Source: Clostridia bacterium
Lineage (GTDB): Bacteria > Bacillota > Clostridia > TANB77 > CAG-508
Direction of reading: 5' to 3'
Length of the DNA stretch: 64,000 bases
Assembly (NCBI GenBank): GCA_045643205.1
Contig: JAZUKI010000010.1
Coordinates: forward strand, 77,482-141,481
Below the pieces are notes generated by a model, which searched no databases, was not told where the DNA came from, and saw nothing but the letters and a program-made list of their open reading frames with translations. A program made the position numbers and the translations under genes. Positions 27,262-37,046 of the stretch are shown piece by piece; position 1 is the stretch's first letter, and every line of letters begins with the position of its first letter.

Positions 27262-28137
27262 ATGACTAAACAGAAAACTGTTTATGTAAATAGTAGAAAT
27301 AATTTTGTTTCTAAGTGGAAATATTTATTAACTATTCTTTTATTAGTTATTTTAATTTTAATGATATTTTTTAGAGTTAGAGTTAAAGTTACAAATGATG
27401 AGTTTGCAAAACAATTAGAACAATTTGCTAGTTTCAATAAATCCACTGTTTTTAGCATTGACGGAATTTATATGTTTAGTAGTGCTGGAGCAACTACTAA
27501 TATTGATCCAAAACCTGAATGGAATCTTAACATATTTCAATTCACAGATATTGCTTTATATATAAATAATAGATCTTCAGAAAATTTAAATAAAGAAAAT
27601 GCAATTAAATCTTTAAAGATATCTAATATAAATTTCAATGGAATGAAAGTTGGAAACCAAAGCCTATATTATAAAAATGTTAATAACTTTGGAAAGAGTA
27701 AATTATCAAGTGTTAAAGCTAATGAAAATTATGAAGATATAGAAAAAGATAAAATAGATAATGAATTAACATACAAAATATTAGGAAATGAAGAAATAGA
27801 CTATGATCAACCAACAATGTTTGAAGATGCTTCAATTCCAATTTGCTTAGAATATGTTAATAACAATGTAAAAGACAACGAAATATTTTCAAATATAAAT
27901 GATAAAATTAATTACAATGGTAGTTTACTTAGAAATGCAAACGTAAACTTAAATGATTTAGCAGGTTTTATAACATTCACAATAGAAATTGAAAATTATT
28001 TAAATCAAATTTATAGAACAACAATAAATTTAGATATTCCATTACAAGATAGCATTACAGGAGAAACAATATATAATGGAAAATATATTAGTAGTTTATC
28101 TGGAGAAGGATTAATTAAATTTTATAGAGTTAAATAA
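27262..28137 (+). CDS. hypothetical Asn-rich membrane-anchored protein
   Basis: 291-aa ORF. N-terminal TM helix LLTILLLVILILMIFF. RBS ttaggagagaagaATG. Confidence 0.6.
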   Translation: MTKQKTVYVNSRNNFVSKWKYLLTILLLVILILMIFFRVRVKVTNDEFAKQLEQFASFNKSTVFSIDGIYMFSSAGATTNIDPKPEWNLNIFQFTDIALYINNRSSENLNKENAIKSLKISNINFNGMKVGNQSLYYKNVNNFGKSKLSSVKANENYEDIEKDKIDNELTYKILGNEEIDYDQPTMFEDASIPICLEYVNNNVKDNEIFSNINDKINYNGSLLRNANVNLNDLAGFITFTIEIENYLNQIYRTTINLDIPLQDSITGETIYNGKYISSLSGEGLIKFYRVK

Positions 28138-28149
28138 GGAGGCTTCATT

Positions 28150-29025
28150 TTGACAATTAAAGAGTTAGTAAATTCATATTCAAAAGATATTTCAACAAAT
28201 GAAGTCTTTTTAATTTTAGAAAAGGTATTAGGAAAAACAAAAGAACAACTTATAATTAGTTTAAATGATGAACTAAATGAAGATGCTTCAGATATAATAT
28301 TAAATTGCTTTGATGCTATTAAAGATGGATATCCAGTACAATACATAACTGGAAAACAAGAATTTATGGGATTAGAGTTTAAAGTAAATGAAAATGTATT
28401 AATTCCACAACCAGATACTGAAGTAGTAGTTGAAAAAACAATAGAAGCAATTAATATTTATGATTTTGAGAATGATAACAATCAAGAATTACATGTATTT
28501 AATAGTTTAGTAGATAGTGATAAGAAAAATATTAAAGTATTAGATTTATGTACAGGAAGTGGAGCTATAGCTATTTCAATAGCTAAAAAGTTTGAAAATA
28601 ATATTAACTTTTATATAGATATGACTGCAAGTGATGTTTCATTAGAAGCATTAGAAGTTGCTAGAGAAAATGCAATAAATAATAATGTAAACATAAAATT
28701 AATAGAATCAAATATGTTTGAAAACATAGATGAAACATATGATATTATTGTTTCTAATCCACCATACATAAGAACAGATGTTATAGAAACTCTTGATAAA
28801 AATGTTCAGTGTGAACCACATCTTGCTTTAGATGGTGGTAAAGATGGATTAGAGTTTTATCGAATTATAAAAGAAAATTTAGATAAGTTAAAAACAAATG
28901 GATATTTAATATTAGAAATTGGTTATGACCAAGCTGAAGATATTAAGAAAATATTTAAGAATGCTAAAATTTATAAAGACTATGGAGGCAATGACAGAGT
29001 AGTAGTTGTTAAAAAGGAGGAGTAA
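28150..29025 (+). CDS. prmC: release factor glutamine N5-methyltransferase PrmC/HemK (TTG start)
   Basis: SAM-binding LDLCTGSGAIAI and the catalytic IVSNPPYI (NPPY) motif. RBS aaggagg 7 nt before the TTG. Confidence 0.85.
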   Translation: MTIKELVNSYSKDISTNEVFLILEKVLGKTKEQLIISLNDELNEDASDIILNCFDAIKDGYPVQYITGKQEFMGLEFKVNENVLIPQPDTEVVVEKTIEAINIYDFENDNNQELHVFNSLVDSDKKNIKVLDLCTGSGAIAISIAKKFENNINFYIDMTASDVSLEALEVARENAINNNVNIKLIESNMFENIDETYDIIVSNPPYIRTDVIETLDKNVQCEPHLALDGGKDGLEFYRIIKENLDKLKTNGYLILEIGYDQAEDIKKIFKNAKIYKDYGGNDRVVVVKKEE

Positions 29026-29849
29026 TGAATTCTTTTGCATCACAAGTTAAACAAGAACTTAGTGAAATTAATAATTTAAAAGATAAAAGTTTAGTAAGAT
29101 CAGAATTACTTGGATATTTAATTACTTCTGAAAAAAACGAGTTTACAACAGCAAATCAATATAATATTAATCGTTATGGAAAACTTTTGAATAATGTAGG
29201 TGAAAATGATTATTCAATTGTAGTAAAAGGAAATAAGTTTACTATCAAACCAAAAAGAAAAATTGAAGTAAGTGAAGAAATAAAAACAGAAGAACAATTT
29301 CAAGCTTTAATGAGAGGTTCATTTTTAGCTAAAGGATCAATTACAAATCCTAAAAATTCTTATCACTTAGAAATAATTTTTTCTAATTTAAACAATGCTG
29401 AATTAGTACTTAATTTATTAAAAAATTATTCGTTTGAATTTAGTGTAGTCGAGAGAAATAGTAAATCAGTAATTTATCTTTCGAGTGGAGATGAAATATC
29501 AAAATTCTTAGCATTTATTGGTGCAAATAAATCAATGTTAAACTTTGAAGAAACAAGAGTTTTAAAAGAAGTTGGAAACAATGTTAATAGAATTGTAAAT
29601 TTTGAAACAGCAAATCTAAATAAAACCATTTCATCAGCAGTTAGACAAATTGAGGATATTAAATTAATAAAGGCAAGAAAAAAATTTGGAATGCTTTCAG
29701 AAGGAGAACAACAATTAGCAGAACTAAGATTAGCAAATCCTGAAGTTAATCTTACAACTCTTGGAGAGATGGCAACACCACAATTAACTAAGTCTGGTGT
29801 AGCACATAGAATGGCCAATATAACAAGATTAGCTAAAGAATTAAGATAA
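29025..29849 (+). CDS. whiA: WhiA-like DNA-binding protein (shorter than typical)
   Basis: Homing-endonuclease-like middle region and a C-terminal HTH LTTLGEMATPQLTKSGVAHRMANITRLAKEL. 274 aa. Confidence 0.65.
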   Translation: MNSFASQVKQELSEINNLKDKSLVRSELLGYLITSEKNEFTTANQYNINRYGKLLNNVGENDYSIVVKGNKFTIKPKRKIEVSEEIKTEEQFQALMRGSFLAKGSITNPKNSYHLEIIFSNLNNAELVLNLLKNYSFEFSVVERNSKSVIYLSSGDEISKFLAFIGANKSMLNFEETRVLKEVGNNVNRIVNFETANLNKTISSAVRQIEDIKLIKARKKFGMLSEGEQQLAELRLANPEVNLTTLGEMATPQLTKSGVAHRMANITRLAKELR

Positions 29850-29901
29850 AAAATAAATAAAACTTGCAAATAATAATTTTTTAAGAAAAAGAGAAAATAA
29901 A

Positions 29902-31035
29902 ATGGAAAAAAATGGAATATACGTTCATATTCCTTTTTGTAAAAGTAAATGTTATTATTGCGATTTTACTTCATTTGCAGATAAAAACAAATTAGAAGGC
30001 AAATATATAAAATGTTTGAAAAAAGAAATTATTAACAGAAAAGATAATAACATGAATATAGATACAATATATATTGGAGGCGGAACTCCATCATACATTA
30101 ATGAAAAATATATTGTTGAAATACTAAATACAATTAGGGAAAATTTTAATGTTATAGAAAATGCTGAAATAACTATTGAAGCAAACCCAGGCACTATAAC
30201 TGAAGAAAATTTAAAAACTTATTTAAAATGTGGAATTAATAGAATTAGTATTGGATTACAGTCTTCTAGAAATGAAGTTTTAAAATCAATTGGAAGAATA
30301 CATACATTTGAGCAATGGGGTAATGCTATATTGATGGCAAAGAAAGTTGGCTTTAAAAATATCAATACAGATATTATTGTCGGATTACCTGGCCAATCAA
30401 TATATGATATTGAAGATGCTATTGATCAAATAATTGAATATGATTTACAACATGTATCTGTTTATTCATTAATAGTAGAAGAAGGAACACCATTAGAAAA
30501 AATGATTAAAGAGGGTGAACTAAAAACTACAGATGAAGAACTTGAAAGATATATGTATTGGTTTGCAAAAAGAAAACTAGAGGATAACGGATATAGACAT
30601 TATGAAATATCAAATTTTGCAAGAGAAGGATTTGAATCAAAACATAATTTGAATTGTTGGAATCAACATAGTTATTTAGGATTTGGAATTGCAGCATCTT
30701 CATATGAATATAAAATTAGAAAAACAAATATTTGCAATTTAGAAATGTACATAAAAAATATTGAAGAAGAGAACTTTGAAAGCCTATATACAATCGAGGA
30801 AGAGCAAGATAAAGAAAGTGAAATGAAAGAATTTATGATGTTAGGCTTAAGAAAAATAGACGGTGTTGATGTTGGCGACTTTAGAATGAAATTTGCAAGC
30901 GATGTATTTGTTGTTTTTAAAAAAGAGATTGAAAAACTTTTGACAGATGGTTTAATAGAATTAGAAAAGAGTAATATAAGACTTACAAAAAAAGGTTTAG
31001 ATTTAGCAAATATAGTTTGGGAAGAATTTGTATAG
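29902..31035 (+). CDS. hemW: radical SAM heme chaperone HemW (coproporphyrinogen-III-oxidase-like)
   Basis: IYVHIPFCKSKCYYCDF (CxxxCxxC), GGGTPS, and a HemW-type C-terminal domain. Confidence 0.85.
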   Translation: MEKNGIYVHIPFCKSKCYYCDFTSFADKNKLEGKYIKCLKKEIINRKDNNMNIDTIYIGGGTPSYINEKYIVEILNTIRENFNVIENAEITIEANPGTITEENLKTYLKCGINRISIGLQSSRNEVLKSIGRIHTFEQWGNAILMAKKVGFKNINTDIIVGLPGQSIYDIEDAIDQIIEYDLQHVSVYSLIVEEGTPLEKMIKEGELKTTDEELERYMYWFAKRKLEDNGYRHYEISNFAREGFESKHNLNCWNQHSYLGFGIAASSYEYKIRKTNICNLEMYIKNIEEENFESLYTIEEEQDKESEMKEFMMLGLRKIDGVDVGDFRMKFASDVFVVFKKEIEKLLTDGLIELEKSNIRLTKKGLDLANIVWEEFV

Positions 31036-31100
31036 TGTTTTTTTAATCTAAATAATAGTGTTTTTTGATCTGAATAAGTGATTTTTTTGTATATGAATAA
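31033..31100. repeat. three imperfect tandem repeats of about 23 nt (TAGTGTTTTTTTAATCTAAATAA / TAGTGTTTTTTGATCTGAATAA / GTGATTTTTTTGTATATGAATAA)
   Basis: Direct reading. They start at the hemW stop codon and sit just upstream of a promoter. Confidence 0.55.
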
Positions 31101-31122
31101 ACATTTTTACAAGATTTTTTCG

Positions 31123-31151
31123 TTGACACAGTATTTTTTAAAGTGTAAAAT
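31123..31151 (+). promoter_or_regulatory. sigma-A-like promoter TTGACA-N17-TAAAAT
   Basis: Direct reading; upstream of the 31199 ORF and cdaA. Confidence 0.55.
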
Positions 31152-31198
31152 AAAAAATGTTATAAGTTTAACAAAAGTAATAGAGAGGAACAAAAGCA

Positions 31199-31534
31199 AT
31201 GGCTAAAGGAAATAAAAGAAAAAAGATTAAAGCTGAAGAATTAGAAAAAGAAACAATCGAAAATGAAATAATCGATGAAGAATTAGATGAAGTAAATGAA
31301 TTTGATGAAGAAATAGAAAATGAAACAGATGAAGATTCTATAGATAATCTAATTGATGAAAAAATTGGAAAAGATAAAAAGAAAAAGAAGAAGGCAAAGC
31401 AACCAATGAAATATAGAGCTAAAAAAGGCATAGTAAGAATAATCGCCCTAATTGCATTAATAACAATGGTTGCAGCAACATTTGGTACATTAATTTTTTA
31501 TTTTATTTATTACGTATTAGGCGGTAATATGTAA
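31199..31534 (+). CDS. hypothetical small protein: acidic N-terminal half, K-rich segment, C-terminal TM helix
   Basis: 111-aa ORF with RBS agagaggaacaaaagcaATG. TM helix IIALIALITMVAATFGTLIFYFIYYVL. Confidence 0.55.
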   Translation: MAKGNKRKKIKAEELEKETIENEIIDEELDEVNEFDEEIENETDEDSIDNLIDEKIGKDKKKKKKAKQPMKYRAKKGIVRIIALIALITMVAATFGTLIFYFIYYVLGGNM

Positions 31535-31646
31535 AACTATGTATATAGTTGAATATGAAAAAAAGCATAGTTAAACGTATGAAAATATATAGTTAAAAAT
31601 GTATGAATAGATAATAGCAAAATATAGAGAAAAGGAAGAATAAAAA

Positions 31647-32609
31647 ATGTTTGATAATTTATCAACATTGGATTTATTAAGTTATTTCAATGAAATACAA
31701 GGAAATCCATGGTTAATAGCAGCATTTGTATGCGACATTTTAATTTTATTATTTTTTATTTATGAATTTATTAAATTTGCAAACAAATCTAAAGCATGGC
31801 AATTAATTAAAGGTATTGCAATATTAGTTGTTATGACTTTCTTATCTAATTTGTTAAATTTAAAAATACTTAATTTCATTTTAACCTCATTTATTTCTTA
31901 TGGAGTTATAGCAATTATTATTATATTCCAACCAGAATTGAGAAGGGGATTAGAAAAATTAGGTTCATCAGGATTCTTTAAATCACTTGCTTTAAGCAAT
32001 GATTTAAGAACAAAAGCAAAAGAAGATATTTATAAAGTTGCTATAGCAGCTGAAGAAATGGCTTCAACAAAAACAGGAGCATTAATTGTTTTTGAAAATG
32101 AAATTAGATTACAAGAAGTAATTGAAAATGGAGTTTTAATTGATTCTGAAGTATCACCTCAATTACTTTGCAATATATTTGTTCCAAATACACCACTTCA
32201 CGATGGTGCTGTAATTATTAGAGATAATGCAATAGCTGCTGCAGCATGTATTTTACCTGTTGCAGATGATAAATCAATAAATAAAAAGTACGGAACAAGA
32301 CATAGAGCAGCTATCGAAATAACAAAAGAAACAGATGCTATTGCAGTAGTTGTTTCTGAAGAGACAGGAAAGATTTCAATAGCTAAAGATGGAACATTAA
32401 TTGAAGGTGTTACAGATGATGCTTTAAAAAGAATTTTAATAAAACATTTAGTTGTTTCAAAATTCGGATCAGATAATTCAGAAAAAATTAAAAAGATAAA
32501 AGAAGATATAACTGATAGAAAAAGCAAAAAGAAGAAAAAAGAAGATGCTACAGCTAGATATGAAAAACTAAAGAATGAAATTAGTGATGATAATGATTCA
32601 GAAGAATAA
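31647..32609 (+). CDS. cdaA: diadenylate cyclase CdaA (c-di-AMP synthase), with a K/E-rich C-terminal extension
   Basis: Three N-terminal TM helices. DAC domain motifs DGAVIIRDNAIAAAACILP and YGTRHRAAIEITKETDAIAVVVSEETG. Confidence 0.85.
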   Translation: MFDNLSTLDLLSYFNEIQGNPWLIAAFVCDILILLFFIYEFIKFANKSKAWQLIKGIAILVVMTFLSNLLNLKILNFILTSFISYGVIAIIIIFQPELRRGLEKLGSSGFFKSLALSNDLRTKAKEDIYKVAIAAEEMASTKTGALIVFENEIRLQEVIENGVLIDSEVSPQLLCNIFVPNTPLHDGAVIIRDNAIAAAACILPVADDKSINKKYGTRHRAAIEITKETDAIAVVVSEETGKISIAKDGTLIEGVTDDALKRILIKHLVVSKFGSDNSEKIKKIKEDITDRKSKKKKKEDATARYEKLKNEISDDNDSEE

Positions 32610-32675
32610 ATAATGGAGAGCTATATAAGTAGCTCTTCATTTATTCGTATAAAGTGTTTTATAAAGAGGAATTAT

Positions 32676-33416
32676 ATGAGAAATATTAAATTAATCATAG
32701 AATATGATGGAAAAGATTTTAATGGTTGGCAGAAACAACCTAACAAATTGAATATTCAAGGTGAAATTGAAAGAGCTATTGAAGTTATTACTGGAGGAGA
32801 AAAAGTTGAATTAATAGCATCTGGAAGAACTGACGCTGGCGTAAATGCATTAGGGCAAGTTGCTAATTTTAGAACTGAATCAACTATGCCTATTGAGAAA
32901 ATGGCGTATGCAATTAATTCACAATTAAAGAAATCTATTAGAATTCAAAGTGCCGAAGAAGTTGATGAAAAATTTCATTCTAGATATACTTGCAAGAAAA
33001 AAACTTATAGATATACAATTAACAACTCTGAGCAAGGTAGTGCAATTTATAGATATATGCAATATCATTATCCAGTAAAACTAGATGCTGAAAGAATGGA
33101 TGAGGCTGTTAAATATCTTATTGGAGAACATGATTTTAAATCTTTTAAAGCTAGTGGAACTTCAAGTAAAAGTTCTGTTAGAGAGATATATGATGCTAAA
33201 GTATGGCGTGAAGGTGATTTAATACAGATTGAACTTACAGGTAATGGATTTTTATATAATATGATTAGAATAATTGCTGGAACTCTTATAGAAGTAGGAG
33301 AAGGCGAAATTGAGCCAATTGAGGTTAAAAATATATTAGAGGCAAAAGACAGAAATAAAGCAGGGAAAACTGTTTCACCTAATGGATTATGTTTGATGGG
33401 AGTTGAATATGAATAA
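32676..33416 (+). CDS. truA: tRNA pseudouridine(38-40) synthase TruA
   Basis: MRNIKLIIEYDGKDFNGWQKQ...ASGRTDAGVNALGQVANF. Start moved to the ATG at 32676 (RBS aagagga); the annotated 32613 start adds 21 non-homologous residues. Confidence 0.9.
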   Translation: MRNIKLIIEYDGKDFNGWQKQPNKLNIQGEIERAIEVITGGEKVELIASGRTDAGVNALGQVANFRTESTMPIEKMAYAINSQLKKSIRIQSAEEVDEKFHSRYTCKKKTYRYTINNSEQGSAIYRYMQYHYPVKLDAERMDEAVKYLIGEHDFKSFKASGTSSKSSVREIYDAKVWREGDLIQIELTGNGFLYNMIRIIAGTLIEVGEGEIEPIEVKNILEAKDRNKAGKTVSPNGLCLMGVEYE

Positions 33417-33489
33417 AACCCTTGAAATATCTCAAAAAGAGTGATATAATACTAAGGCGTTTTATTAAAAAAGGAAGGAAGTTTTAAAA

Positions 33490-34827
33490 ATGAGTTTAAA
33501 ACAAGAAAAAACAAGTAATAAGAATGAATTAAAATTAACTTTTACAGTAGAAGCAGCTGAATTTGATGATACAATTGTAAAAGTTTATAAAAAGAGTGCT
33601 CATTATTTCAATATACCTGGATTTAGAAAGGGAAAAGCACCTTTAGCAATAGTTGAAAAACAATATGGTTCAGCTATTTTCTATGAAGATGCATTCAATG
33701 AAATATTCCCAGCTGTATATGAAAAAGAATTAAAAGAAGCTAAAATCGACGTAGCAAGCCGTCCAAGAGACATTGATCCTGTTCAAATGGAAAAAGGAAA
33801 AGACTTAATTTTCACATGTTTAGTTGATACAGAACCAGAAGTAAAATTAGGAAAATATAAAGGTATTGAAATCGAGAACAAAGAATACACAGTATCTGAT
33901 GAAGATGTTCAACATGAATTAGAACATTTAGCTGAACATAATTCAAGATTAGTAAGTGTTGATGATAGAGCAGCTAAAGAAAATGACACAGTAACAATTG
34001 ACTTTGATGGTCAATGCGATGGTGAACATTTCCAAGGTGGAAAAGCTGAAGATTATGATTTAGTTTTAGGAAGCCATAGCTTTATTAGTGGATTTGAAGA
34101 TCAAGTAATCGGAATGAAAATTGGCGAAGAGAAAGACGTTAATGTTACATTCCCAGAAGATTACTTTGAAAAGAAATTAGCTGGAAAACCAGCAACATTT
34201 GCTGTTAAAGTAAAAGAAATCAAAGTTAAAGAATTACCTACAATTGATGATGAATTTGCTAAAGATGTTAGCGAATTTGATACATTAGCTGATTTAAAGA
34301 ACGATATTAAAGTTAAAAAGACTGAAGAAAATAATAGAAAAGCTCAAATGGAAATGGAAGATGAAGTTCTTGATAAATTAGTTGAAGCAAGTGAAATAGA
34401 TGTTCCTAAGGGAATGGTTGATCTTGAAATTGATCAAATGATTGAAAACATTTCTCAAAGACTTCAATATCAAGGATTACAATTTGCTCAATATTTAAAA
34501 ATGATGGGCAAGACAGAAGAGCAAGCTAGAGAAGAATTCAGACCAGAAGCTGAAAAGAATGTTAAAACTAGATTAGTTATTGAAGCAGTTGTTGAAGCTG
34601 AAAAAATCGAAGCTGATGCTGAACATGTTAAAGAACATTTAGAAGAATTAGCAAAACAATATAACCAAAAAGTTGAAGATATTGAAAAGAATGAAGATGT
34701 TAAAGAATACTTCGAAAAAGCTGTTCAAAATGAAGATGCAGTTAAATTCTTAGTAGATAATGCTAAAAAAGTAGCAGCAAAAAAAGATGATTCAGATAAA
34801 AAAGAAAAGAAAACAACAAAGAAATAA
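33490..34827 (+). CDS. tig: trigger factor
   Basis: N-terminal ribosome-binding GFRKGKAP, central FKBP-like domain, C-terminal arm; 445 aa. Confidence 0.95.
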   Translation: MSLKQEKTSNKNELKLTFTVEAAEFDDTIVKVYKKSAHYFNIPGFRKGKAPLAIVEKQYGSAIFYEDAFNEIFPAVYEKELKEAKIDVASRPRDIDPVQMEKGKDLIFTCLVDTEPEVKLGKYKGIEIENKEYTVSDEDVQHELEHLAEHNSRLVSVDDRAAKENDTVTIDFDGQCDGEHFQGGKAEDYDLVLGSHSFISGFEDQVIGMKIGEEKDVNVTFPEDYFEKKLAGKPATFAVKVKEIKVKELPTIDDEFAKDVSEFDTLADLKNDIKVKKTEENNRKAQMEMEDEVLDKLVEASEIDVPKGMVDLEIDQMIENISQRLQYQGLQFAQYLKMMGKTEEQAREEFRPEAEKNVKTRLVIEAVVEAEKIEADAEHVKEHLEELAKQYNQKVEDIEKNEDVKEYFEKAVQNEDAVKFLVDNAKKVAAKKDDSDKKEKKTTKK

Positions 34828-34840
34828 TAAGTAAATTACG

Positions 34841-34878
34841 ATAGGATGGGGATTTTCTCCATCCTATTGTGCATTTTA
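34841..34878 (+). terminator. rho-independent terminator after tig
   Basis: Stem ATAGGATGG, loop ggattttct, stem CCATCCTAT, then a T-rich tail. Confidence 0.6.
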
Positions 34879-35002
34879 AGTGAATTTTGTTGATTAAAGT
34901 TTAACAAAATTATATAATAGGAGCGTGAATTTATTGTATTGATATGTTTATATTATCAATAGCATATAAATCTTAATATCATACGAAAGGAAGAAGTTTA
35001 AT

Positions 35003-35611
35003 ATGAAAAATGAAAAAGACAGTTTAGTACCTTATGTAATTGAACAAACATCTAAAGGCGAAAGATCTTATGATATTTATTCAAGATTATTAAAGGACAG
35101 AATTATATTTTTAAGTGAGGATGTTAATCCTACAACAGCTAGTTTAGTAATAGCTCAAATGCTATTCTTAGAGAGCGAAGATCCAGATAAGGAAATTAAT
35201 TTCTATATTAATTCACCTGGAGGATCAGTTACAGATGGCTTAGGTATCATTGATACAATGAATTATATCAAATGCCCAGTTAAAACTATTTGTATAGGAA
35301 TGGCTGCATCTATGGGTGCATTATTATTAACATCTGGAACAAAAGGAATGAGATATGCAACACCAAATGCAGAAATCTTAATTCATCAACCATTAATCGG
35401 TGGAAATGGAATTTCTGGACAACAAACAGAAATTCAAATTCAAGCTGATCAAATGAAGAAAACAAGAGAAACAATAAATAAGATTATTTCTGAAACAACA
35501 GGAAAATCAATTGAAGATGTTCAAAAAGATACAGAAAGAGATCATTATTTAACAGCTCAAGAAGCTTTAGAATATGGATTAATAGACGAAATCATAACAA
35601 AGAGACAATAA
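35003..35611 (+). CDS. clpP: ATP-dependent Clp protease proteolytic subunit
   Basis: Catalytic Ser in GMAASMG, His in IHQPL, plus the conserved Asp; 202 aa. Confidence 0.95.
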   Translation: MKNEKDSLVPYVIEQTSKGERSYDIYSRLLKDRIIFLSEDVNPTTASLVIAQMLFLESEDPDKEINFYINSPGGSVTDGLGIIDTMNYIKCPVKTICIGMAASMGALLLTSGTKGMRYATPNAEILIHQPLIGGNGISGQQTEIQIQADQMKKTRETINKIISETTGKSIEDVQKDTERDHYLTAQEALEYGLIDEIITKRQ

Positions 35612-35627
35612 TACATAAAGGAGTAAC

Positions 35628-36881
35628 ATGGCAAACAGTAAAGACAAGAACATAAAATGCTCATTTTGTGGAAAATTACAAGATGAAGTTAAAAGAATCA
35701 TTTCAGGTCCAGATGGAGCATATATCTGCAATGAATGTATAGAAATTTGCCAACAAATTATCGAAGCAGATATGTTTGGTAAGTATGATGAAGATAAATA
35801 TACAATTGCAGAAGAACAAAAGTTACCAACACCAGAAGAAATAAAAAAATCACTTGATGAGTATATTATTGGACAAGATGAAGCAAAAAAAACACTTGCA
35901 GTTGCTGTCTATAATCATTATAAGAGAATTAATAATCAGAAAGATGATGATAACGATGTTGAAATTCAAAAGAGTAATATATTATTACTTGGCCCAACAG
36001 GTTGTGGAAAAACATACTTAGCACAAACACTTGCAAAAACATTAAGAGTTCCATTTGCTATAGCTGATGCAACAACTCTTACAGAAGCAGGATATGTTGG
36101 TGAAGATGTTGAAAACATTTTATTAAAATTAATTCAAGCAGCTGATTATAATGTTGAAAGAGCTCAAAAAGGAATTATCTATATAGATGAAATAGACAAA
36201 ATTTCAAGAAAGTCTGAAAATCCTTCAATCACAAGAGATGTTAGCGGAGAAGGAGTTCAACAAGCTTTATTAAAAATTGTTGAAGGAACAGTAGCTAATG
36301 TTCCACCACAAGGAGGAAGAAAACATCCTCAGCAAGAATTTATACAAATAGATACATCAAATATTTTATTTATTTGTGGAGGAGCTTTTGAAGGATTAGA
36401 AAAAACAATTAATGAGAGAACAGGTAAAAAACAAATTGGATTTGGTAGTGAAATATATGATTCTTCTAAATTCGATAAATATGATGTTTTTGAACAATTA
36501 TTACCTGAAGACTTAATAAAATTTGGAATTATTCCAGAACTTGTAGGAAGACTTCCAATTATAGCAACATTGAAAGAATTAGATAGAAATGCATTAATTG
36601 AAATTATGACTAAACCAAAGAATGCTTTAGTAAAACAATATAAGAAACTATTTGATATAGATAATGTTAAACTAGAGTTTGATAAAGATGCATTAGAAGC
36701 AATAGTAGATAAAGCAATTGAAAGAAAGACAGGAGCTAGAGGATTACGTGCAATTATGGAAGATACCATGAGAGATGTAATGTATGAAATTCCATCAAAT
36801 CCTAAAATTGCTAAATGTACAATAACTAAAGAGACAGTTAATGAAAAGACAAAACCAAAAATCAAGATAATAGATCGATAA
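35628..36881 (+). CDS. clpX: ATP-dependent Clp protease ATP-binding subunit ClpX
   Basis: Zinc-binding domain CSFCGK...CNEC, Walker A GPTGCGKT, Walker [10 protein letters not shown], sensor motifs. Confidence 0.95.
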   Translation: MANSKDKNIKCSFCGKLQDEVKRIISGPDGAYICNECIEICQQIIEADMFGKYDEDKYTIAEEQKLPTPEEIKKSLDEYIIGQDEAKKTLAVAVYNHYKRINNQKDDDNDVEIQKSNILLLGPTGCGKTYLAQTLAKTLRVPFAIADATTLTEAGYVGEDVENILLKLIQAADYNVERAQKGIIYIDEIDKISRKSENPSITRDVSGEGVQQALLKIVEGTVANVPPQGGRKHPQQEFIQIDTSNILFICGGAFEGLEKTINERTGKKQIGFGSEIYDSSKFDKYDVFEQLLPEDLIKFGIIPELVGRLPIIATLKELDRNALIEIMTKPKNALVKQYKKLFDIDNVKLEFDKDALEAIVDKAIERKTGARGLRAIMEDTMRDVMYEIPSNPKIAKCTITKETVNEKTKPKIKIIDR

Positions 36882-36905
36882 GAGGGCTTATTGAATATTA
36901 TAAAT

Positions 36906-36970
36906 AAAACCTAGTATTTATTTAGTGTTACCCAAAAGGTACATTTTATAAATACTAGGTTTTTCTTTTT
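36906..36970. terminator. bidirectional terminator between clpX (+) and the GH57 gene (-)
   Basis: 15-bp stem AAACCTAGTATTTAT ... ATAAATACTAGGTTT with T-tracts on both sides. Confidence 0.65.
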
Positions 36971-37046
36971 AATATAATTAATAAAAATTAGAAATTAATA
37001 AAATATAATTGATAAAAATTAAAAATATAATGATAAAAATTATATT

